A DNA stretch of 64,000 nucleotides, from the NCBI GenBank assembly GCA_951406725.2, contig OX597829.1, positions 39,556,001 through 39,620,000 of the forward strand, given 5' to 3'. Under the pieces are notes generated by a model that was not told where the DNA came from, made no database searches, and was given only the letters and a program-made list of their open reading frames with translations. The stretch comes from Octopus vulgaris. Its lineage: Eukaryota. Below, piece after piece: positions 55,327 to 64,000 of the stretch. Position numbers and translations under genes: made by a program. The number at the start of each line of letters is the position of its first letter. The stretch's first letter is position 1.

Positions 55327-55410
55327 CAGCCTGATTCAGATATCAAGCTTCTCAGAAAGCAGAGCCTTGATGAAATATCTCGTGGGAAAATAGAAGAAGA
55401 GCTGAAGCAG
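55327..55410 (+). CDS. STIM: STIM exon: CC1 C-terminal part, QPDSDIKLLRKQSLDEISRGKIEEELKQ (84 nt)
   Basis: Long pyrimidine tract with CAGCAG acceptor; CAG|GTATTA donor; phase 0/0. EEELKQ matches the STIM1 acidic EEELEQ segment. Confidence 0.9.
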
Positions 55411-55413
55411 GTA

Positions 55414-55798
55414 TTACTCTTTACTCTTTTACTTGTTTCAATCATTTGACTGCGGCCATGCTGGAGCACCGCCTTTAGTCGAGTAAATCGACCCCGGGAC
55501 TTATTCTTTGTAAGCCCAGTACTTATTCTATCGGTCTCTTTTGCCGAACCGCTAAGTGACGGGGACGTAAACACATCAGCATCGGTTGTCAAGCAATGCT
55601 AGGGGGACAAACACAGACACACACACATACATACATATATACATATATACGACAGGCTTCTTTCAGTTTCCGTCTACCAAATCCACTCACAAGGCATTGG
55701 TCGGCCCGGGGCTATAGCAGAAGACACTTGCCCAAGATGCCACGCAGTGGGACTGAACCCGGAACCATGTGGTTGGTTAGCAAGCTACTTACCACACA
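55414..55798 (-). mobile_element. SINE family B, young copy inserted at the STIM donor site
   Basis: Near-identical to 4984-5392; begins directly after CAG|GTA; ATTA on both sides. Confidence 0.9.
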
Positions 55799-56084
55799 TT
55801 ATTTTGTTTCATCTAACAGAGAAGTAAAGTAGTGCTTCACAAAAGCACTCTTCCACTTCCATGCCAAGTTCCTCTCTTTCTTTTAAAGCAACTCATTTTG
55901 TCAGATGACAATTCTAATATAAGTTACTTGTTTTCCTATGTTGCTTGCCCATGCATATATATAAAAAAAAAATATTATCCTACTGCTTGGTACCTTGGGC
56001 AAGTGTCTTCTACTTTGACCTCAGGCCAAACAAAGCCTTGTGAGTGAATTCAGACAACAGAAACTGAAATGAAGCCCATTATAT

Positions 56085-56450
56085 GGAAGCACTCCGTCGG
56101 TTACGACGACGAGGGTTCCGGTTCAGCCTGCTCGTGAAATTAACGTGTAAGTGGCTGAGCACTCCACAGACACGTGTACCCTTAACGTAGTTCTCGGGGA
56201 TATTCAGCGTGACACAGAGAGTGACAAGGCCGGCCCTTTGAAATACAGGTACAACAGAAACAGGAAGTAAAAGTGAGAGAAAGTTGGAGCGAAAGAGTAC
56301 AGCAGGGATCACCACCATCCCTGCCGGAGACTCGTGGAGCTTTAGGTGTTTTCGCTCAATAAACACTCACAACGCCCGCTCTGGGAATCGAAACCGCGAT
56401 CCTACGACCGCAAGTCTGCTGCCCTAACCACTGGGCCAATGCGCCTCCAC
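56085..56450 (-). mobile_element. tRNA-derived SINE family D (related copy ~58080-58396 -)
   Basis: Minus-strand head GTGGAGGCGCATTGGCCCAGTGGTTAGGGCAGC...GGTTTCGATTCCCAGA; CpG-rich, so probably young. Confidence 0.8.
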
Positions 56451-57141
56451 TGCCCATCATATATGTCTGTGTGCATACATGTGTATGTGGCTTTGTGGTA
56501 AGAAGCTTGCTTCCTAACTACATCATTCTGGGTTCAGTTCCACTGCATGGTATCTTGGGCAAGTGTCTTCCACTATAACCTCAGGCTGACCATAGCCTTG
56601 CGAGTAGATTTGGTAGATGGAAACTGTAAGAAGCCCATTGTTTATGGGTGTGTGTGTGTGTGTGTGTCTGTGCCTGTGCTTGTCTCCCACTACCACTTGA
56701 CAGCTGTTGTTGGTGTGTTTACGGCACCATTACCATAGCAGTTCAACAAAACAGACTGATAGAATGAGTACTAAAACCCTTCAAGGCAGTGCTCCAGCAT
56801 GGCCATAGTCAAATGACTGAAACAAGTAGAAGGAAGAAAACAAAGGTAACTGTGGCATCCTGTAGATATCATGACTTGTGTGTGATTCTGATTTAAGAGA
56901 AACCAGTTGTACAATGTCACCCTCTCTGTTTTGATCCAGAAATAATTACAAGGTTGAGACAAATGGAGTTGGATCTAGATCAATCCTGGACAACTCAAAT
57001 TATATTGCAGGCCACTTTAATCACAAAGTTTTTTTTGAGGGCTGCTTGTATACATTACGCACAAATAGTCAAATAATCAAATTACAGAATCAAGAATTTT
57101 TCATAGTTTTCATTTGTTTAAAATTTTAAAAAATTGTACGC

Positions 57142-57555
57142 TATAGGCGCCGGAGTGGCTGTGTGGTAAGTAGCTTGCTAACCAACCACATGGTTCCGGG
57201 TTCAGTCCCACTGCATGGCACCTTGGGCAAGTGTCTTCTGCTATAGCCCTGGGCCGACCAATGCCTTGTGAGTGGATTTGGTAGACGGAAACTGAAAGAA
57301 GCCTGTCGTATATATGTATATATATATATATATGTGTGTGTGCGTGTATGTTTGTGTGTCTGTGTTTGTTCCCCTAGCATTGCTTGACAACCGATGCTGG
57401 TGTGCTTATGTCCCCGTTACTTAGCAGTTCGGCAAAAGAGACTGATAGAATAAGTACTGGGCTTACAACGAATAAGTCCCGGGGTCGATTTGCTCGACTA
57501 AAGGCGGTGCTCCAGCATGGCCGCAGTCAAATGACTGAAACAAGTAAAAGAGAGT
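57142..57555 (+). mobile_element. SINE family B, young full copy
   Basis: Shares diagnostic GCTTGCTAACC and CCAATGCC variants with the 4984 and 55414 copies. Confidence 0.9.
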
Positions 57556-57657
57556 ATTGCTTTATTACCACTTATAAATTTGACCAAGTTTTGCAAAGAA
57601 CACTTTTTGGACTGTTAGCTCTGCCATTATTTTTATTCACCCTGTATGCTGGGGTTA

Positions 57658-57688
<31 letters not shown>

Positions 57689-59147
57689 TTCTTTACTACC
57701 CACAAGGGGCTAAACACAAAGGGGACAAACAAGGACAAACAAAGGGATTAAGTCAATTACATGGACCCCAGTGCGTAACTGGTACTTAATTTATCGACCC
57801 CGAAAGGATGAAAGGCAAAGTCGACCTCGGCAAAATTTGTCTGTCTGTCTGTCTGTTTGTTTGTCTATCCCTGAGTGAATCTTGGAGAAATATTTTGTGG
57901 AGCCTATTGAGTTAGATTTGTGTAAACTTTGACAATAAACAAGTATTATAATAATGATGTGTACAGTCAACTTTAGCGTGAATATTTTATGTATTTTTCC
58001 CTTAAAACTCATACATTTGCTGCTGTTGAGTGAACGGTCTTTGTCCCAGAGCTCGCAAGATGGGAGAAGTCCAAAACATGGTCCTTTGCTATTCGTAAGA
58101 CCCGCAGAAGAGAAAGCAGATCAACCCCCGACACTGAGAGCATTGACGGATGGATGAATGTGCATCCAGGCTCAGCGGTTGTGTAGGAATTCGGGGACAA
58201 GATACAGGAAGAAAGAGTGAGAGAAAGTTGGGGCAAAAGAGTACAACAGAGGTCGCCACCACCCCCTGCCAGAGCCTCGTAGAGTTTTAGGTGTTTTCGC
58301 TCAATAAACACACACAACGCCCGGTCTGGGAATCGAAACCATGATCCTCCGACCGCGAGTCTGCTGCCCTAACCACTGAGCCATTGCGCCTCCACTATAG
58401 TTGCTGCTCACTTCTGATTTGTAGTGTCATTGATATCATATTGATTTGGGAACAAAGTGTAACTCATTGTTTTCTGAACAATCTAATTATCCAATGTGTG
58501 AAATGTTAGAAGCAAAAATATTCTTCTGTTACACACGCATACCACATCACAAAGGGAAAAGTGTTTGTGTGCATATATATATATATACAGATCAGTCTGA
58601 CACTTATAAAAGGTGCAGTGTCAATTATTTGAGAGGAGGGGAACTTAATGTTGGTTGAAAAACTGCGTGATTTTGCGTATGGCTGTGGAGATGTATGTAT
58701 GTCTGTGTTTAGATTTTGTGTGGCTCTATGTGCATGCATGCCTATATCTATATGTGTGCAACCTGAATGTGTATGTGTATATAGTTTTGTGTATATGTGT
58801 GTAGTTTTGTATGTAAATGCACACATACACATGCAGGGTTACACCCAAATAGTTATAGACATATGCACACATGTGCATGCAGTCACATAAATCTATTCAC
58901 ACATGCATACTCGAACATGTGTACATACACACACATACATGTACACAGGCATACACAATATCACACTCTAGTTTTTCAACTCACGTTAAGCTCCCCTCCT
59001 TTCAAATAATTGCCATTGTAGCTTGTATGAGTATGAGACCAATCCTCTTTCTCTATATAACTATGCGTGTGTGTTTGTGTGTGTGGGGGGGATTAATTTT
59101 GTTGTGAGAGGATAATGCCCTACCTTGTTTACTGTTTGTACTTTCAG

Positions 59148-59315
59148 GTGAAAGCAAATTTGAGAAAGGCAGAAAAAGAGCTTGAAAGCAGACAATGGTC
59201 ATCAGCACCAGCAGACTTACAGAAATGGCTTCAACTAACTTACGAAATAGAACTACAACATCATAATAATAAGAAACTAGCAGCTGAGAATCAACTGAGA
59301 GAAGCACGAGATTGT
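59148..59315 (+). CDS. STIM: STIM exon: CC1 end and CC2 (SOAR start), VKANLRKAEKELESRQWSSAPADLQKWLQLTYEIELQHHNNKKLAAENQLREARDC
   Basis: ctttcAG acceptor, TGT|GTAAGT donor, 168 nt, phase 0/0. LRKAEKELES and LQKWLQLT are identical to STIM1. Confidence 0.97.
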
Positions 59316-59433
59316 GTAAGTTGAGATGAACGTAGTCGTGAATGTGTGATATTTTCCTTATATGGTGTGTCGTGTATGTCATGCAATTTATGCTGTATGT
59401 GGTGCATAATGTGTTGTGTATGTTATGGACAGT

Positions 59434-60340
59434 GGGTAATGTATGATGTATTGTGTAATGTATGTTGTGTGCTGTGTGTAATGTATGTTGCACATACTGG
59501 GTAATGTATGTTGTGTGCAGTGTGTAATGTATGTTGCACATACTGGGTAATGTATGATGTATTGTGTAATGTATGATGTATTGTGTAATGTATGATGTAT
59601 TGTGTAATGTCTGATGTATTGTGTAGTGTATGTTGTGTGCAGTGTGTAATGTATGTTGCACATACTGGGTAATGTATGATGTATTGTGTAATGTATATTG
59701 TGTGCTGTGTGTAATGTATGTTGCTCTGTGTGCAGTGTGTAATGTATGTTGCACATACTGGGTAATGTATGATGTATTGTGTAATGTATGTTGTGTGCTG
59801 TGTGTAATGTATGTTGCACATACTGGGTAATGTATGATGTATTGTGTAATGTATGATGTATTGTGTAATGTCTGATGTATTGTGTAATGTATGTTGTGTG
59901 CTATGTGTAATGTATGTTGCACATACTGGGTAATGTATGATGCATTGTGTAATGTATATTGTGTGCTGTGTGTAATGTATATTGTGTGCTCTGTGTAATG
60001 TATGTTGTGTGCAGTGTGTAATGTATGTTGCACATACTGGGTAATGTATGATGTATTGTGTAATGTATGTTGTCTGCTGTGTGTAATGTATGTTGCACAT
60101 ACTGGGTAATGTATGATGTATTGTGTAATGTATGTTGTGTGCTTTGTGTAATGTATGTTGCACATACTGGGTAATGTATTATGTATTGTATAATGTATGT
60201 TGTGTGCTGTGTGTAATGTATGTTGTCTGCTGTGTGTAATGTATGTTGCACATACTGGGTAATGTATGATGTATTGTGTAATGTATATTATGTGCGGTGT
60301 GTAATGTATGTTTTGTGTACTGTGCAATACATGTACATGT
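59434..60340. repeat. Compound minisatellite of ~19-24 nt modules, each starting GTAATGTATG
   Basis: Modules GTAATGTATGATGTATTGT, GTAATGTATGTTGTGTGCTGTGT and GTAATGTATGTTGCACATACTGG in shuffled order; decays toward 60540. Confidence 0.92.
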
Positions 60341-63119
60341 TGTGTAATGTAAGTTGTGTATGATGTGTAATGTCTGTTGTATGTAATGTATGTTGTGTGT
60401 GTGTGCAATGTATGTTTTGTGTGCAATGTATTATATGTTGTGCATGTGTGTGTGATGTGTAATTTATGTCGTGTGTAGTGTATGTTATGTGATGTATAGT
60501 GTGGAATGTATATTGTGTATGATGTGAGGCCTAATATGTGCATTGCGTCTGATATGTAATATATGCTGTAGAAGACATGAGAAGTCTGTTATCTTCATTG
60601 GCTTGTGAGAAATTCTTTTTTGACAAGCTGGGTGAAGAAGATACATTTAATAAGAACTTCTATTGTGGATTCATATATATATATTCATACATACATATAC
60701 ATTATATATATATACACCAGAGATTGCTATTTATAATGTATATTTAATAAGAACTTGCATTCATGAAAATTTATTTTATACAACTATTTTATGTTTCAGT
60801 AGCAATTTCCATATTCCTATTTATTAAGAAATTTTAATAAGAATGTATATACTGCAGATGCTTTTTCTGTTTTTGTTTTTCATGTATATATTTTAATTTA
60901 TTTCTGTGGATGCCTATGAGTTTTTGTGTTCTTTTATTAATCTAAGTCTGTACCTGCAGGTGTGTGTATGTGTATGTGTATGTGTAGGTATGTATGTTGT
61001 CTGAGTCAACATGAATTTTATCAGTTGCATAAGTAATGATTCTTAAGATATCTTAAATTAGAACCAAGAGATGATATTTAGAAATTTCATTCAAGAAAAA
61101 TGTGTTTTTTGAGAGTTGGGAGAAAAGTGGGTGGATGTTTGTGGTGCATGTGTGTATGGGGGTGGGGGTGAGGGTGAGGGGAGAGATGCTGGATGTATTG
61201 GTCAACTAAGATGTGAAGTGTAATGAATAAATTTATCAGAGAGAATTAAGGGATATGGTTGATGGCATCTGTCTGCAAATACCATCATCCATAAACCTTA
61301 ATTGTCTTTTGAGGAGACTAAGAGAAGATGTAGAACTTGCAGCTAACTAAAGAAAAAAAGAAGAAGCAAAGCAAAGCAAAGAAATAGGAAAAGAAAAGAG
61401 AAACAGACAAAGACAGAGAGAGAGAGAGAGAAAGAGAATGAAAGAAAAGAGGCTAGCTTTTGCAGAGAAAGATTAATCGAAGAATTAAGAACATGTTGAT
61501 GTCGGGATTACTGTAGTGCTGACCATTACAAGTCGGCCGAGGAAACAAATGTGGAACAAATGACTGTGATGTCAAATTTTTGGAGTTCCAGTAATCTATT
61601 TCTGTTGATATTTAATTCTATGATGGAAATTTAATTGTGAATAATGGGAATAATCCAGAAGATGAATTCTGAAGAGATTAGAAAAAAAAAAAAAAAAAAA
61701 AAAAAAAGAACAAAAAAAAAAAAAACAAGAAAGAAAAAGTTACTGGGAAGCAATAATTTTGGAATAATTTTGAGAGTGTTTCCTTGTTAGTGAATCAATG
61801 ATTGTACAGCAGCTATATTTAATATTTGTTAGTCACAGACATTGCCATAACATACGTACATACATACACAGTTACTGATGTTGCTATACATTTACATACA
61901 CTCATGTATACTGCTAATGTTTGGTAAAGGTCATCTATAGACTGCGAACAGAAAAATTTTGTTTGCTGCTACTGCTGCTGCTACAATGCTGATTCACCTG
62001 TTATTAGTCATGACATGTATGAATTAGACTTCTGACCTATATATATGTGTATGTGTGTGTGTGTATATATATATATACACATGTCATTATCATCATCATC
62101 ATTGTTGATTAACATCCGCTTTCCATGCTGGCATCAGTTGGATGGTTTGACTGAGGGCTGGCGAGCCAGAAGGCTGCACCAGGCTCCGATCTGATCTGGC
62201 AATCTTTCTACAGCTGGATGCCCTTCCTAATGCCAACCAGTCCAAGAGCGTAGTGGGTGCTTTTTATGTGCCACCAGCACAAGGGCCAGTCAGGCAATCC
62301 TGGCATCGGCCATGCTTGAACGGTGCTTTTTATATGCCACCGGCAAGGGAGCCAGTCAGGCGGCACTGGCAATGACCATACATATGTATATATAATACAG
62401 TGAATTATACATGTGTATATTGTGCAGTGTATATACGCACATATACATCATCATTATCATCATATAACATTTGTTCTTCAATGCTGGCATGGGTTGGACA
62501 GTTTGATAGGGGGTGATGAGCCAGAGGACTACCCTAAGCTCCAAAAGTCTGCTTTAATAAGGTTTTCCCTGCTGCATCCCTTTCCTAATGCTAAATACCT
62601 CACAGAGTGTACTGGGTGCTTCTTTTTTTTTTATCGTAGTGGCAGTAGTGAGGCTACCAGGTATTTGCTTGACAAGACACCTCAACTGAGTCGAGGAAGG
62701 TGAAAGTATTTTCAAGTGACAGGAATAGGTGTCTTCCAGATGGAAAGGGAGAGAATGAGAGATAGTGCGTGGTACCCTCAGCGGGGTATAAGGCGAACAT
62801 AAGAGAGAACAGGGATAGAGGAACAGACAGATTGGGTGGCAAAGAATTAGAGATGGGGACTGAGGTGGAAGCAGTGAATATTGTGTATGTGGAGGGTTGG
62901 ATGAAGGAAATAGGAGTGGGTCATGGAAGAGGAGAAAGTGATAAGGGACAGTAATGAGGATATAGTGTGAAATGTAAGCTCTTAAATGGTATCACTTATA
63001 GCCCTTGAGTGAGTGGTACCGCAGTTAGAAGATTGATGGAGGGACAAGTGTAAGAAAATGAGTTGTTAGGGAAGGCTTGAGTGAATTTCGTCTTTGTTGA
63101 GTTGGACGTGTCTTTACAA

Positions 63120-63345
63120 GCATAGCATATTGTCGTCCATCTCTATTCTTTGTCATCTATTCTGTGAGGTTCATTATCTTGAAGTTGGTCTTCACTACTT
63201 CATCCCACATCTTTCTGAGTCTCTCTCTCTCTCTCTCTCTGGTTCCATCCATGTCTAATGATGGTAATTCTTTAATCAGTGACACATAACCATATCAGTG
63301 ATGTCTTCTCTTTTACACCCTACATCTGATATCTCTTATACCCAC
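63120..63345 (-). mobile_element. RTE LINE 3' fragment
   Basis: Minus-strand remnants GIRDIRCRV and RLRKMWDEVVKTNFKIMNLTE resemble the RTE C-terminal GRPRKTWDEVV motif. Confidence 0.55.
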
Positions 63346-63352
63346 ACTCACA

Positions 63353-63568
63353 CAAAGGAGTGCTGAAAGGTTCTTGGCTTTGGATAAACGAAAATACAGG
63401 AGAATCAGTTAATTATGATTTTATTCAACACATTCCCCTCTCAGATTCACACACTTTTTGCAGTGGTTCTTCAGTTTTTCTAAGCCCTGTAAAAGAACTC
63501 GGAAGGTTGGGCCTCCAAAGAGGTCTTTCACAACACCCTTAAAACCAGGAACTTTTCAGCACCCCACA
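63353..63568. mobile_element. Mariner-derived MITE
   Basis: Imperfect TIRs GGAGTGCTGAAAGGTTCTTGGCTTT / AAAACCAGGAACTTTTCAGCACCCC. Confidence 0.6.
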
Positions 63569-63936
63569 TATGTGTATTTGTGTGTATGTGTGTGTGTGTG
63601 TGTTTGTGTGTCATATTTGCCATAGCTGAGCTGTATACAAATTTCATGAGATTAATGTTAGCAAGTATATTGTTCTACCAGATGTTTGCTGGGACTGAAC
63701 TTAATACCTCAGAGATTGCGTCAACTTGTAGAATTAAGTGCTGCCCAAAAATGTAACATCAAAATACATACCTATCACAGTATCCTTAAATATTCTTAAT
63801 TAACATTCTTAATTATGATCTCTTAGTCTTTCCTAAAGTTGTTTTCTGTGAATTGTTGGAATTTAAATTCTTCTCTTATTTCAATTTTTTTCATTATTTA
63901 AATAACATTTTTTAAATTCATTTATTTATTCAACAG

Positions 63937-64000
63937 TGTGAAAAATTAAAGAAGAAAAGGAATGCTTTTATGGGGCCTCTTAGAATTGCTCACGGAAATT
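63937..64000 (+). CDS. STIM: STIM exon (partial): SOAR/CAD polybasic segment CEKLKKKRNAFMGPLRIAHGN
   Basis: tttatttattcaacAG acceptor, phase 0. Aligns without gaps to STIM1 [21 protein letters not shown]. Truncated by the window end. Confidence 0.93.

Noticed and set aside
59053-60543. 496-aa H/T/Y-rich minus-strand ORF and CRISPR-like periodicity
   Set aside because: Product of the minisatellite; the spacers are repeated rather than unique, there are no cas genes and the context is a eukaryotic intron.

Overview
AT-rich, microsatellite- and SINE-dense animal genomic DNA; the repeat landscape is typical of an octopod cephalopod (inference). The whole window lies inside one + strand gene, a STIM (stromal interaction molecule, ER Ca2+ sensor) homolog. 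Six phase-compatible coding exons were traced by hand: 144-253 (end of SAM), 8536-8710 (TM and CC1 start), 37320-37383 and 55327-55410 (CC1), 59148-59315 (CC1/CC2) and 63937-64000 (SOAR/CAD, runs off the window). The introns hold several tRNA-derived SINE families, non-autonomous Helitrons/Helentron, a deleted mariner, two maT-like (DD37D) relics, a hAT MITE, RTE LINE and Penelope GIY-YIG fragments, a ~1.9 kb (TA)n tract and minisatellites. The most striking signal is a set of about ten hammerhead-ribozyme (HHR) motifs from several Penelope-associated families. They include a near-canonical type I HHR, a U3-A8 compensatory-core variant and a tRNA-headed SINE-like element with a Penelope-type HHR tail. 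Repeat boundaries are approximate and read by eye; no searches or folding were run.
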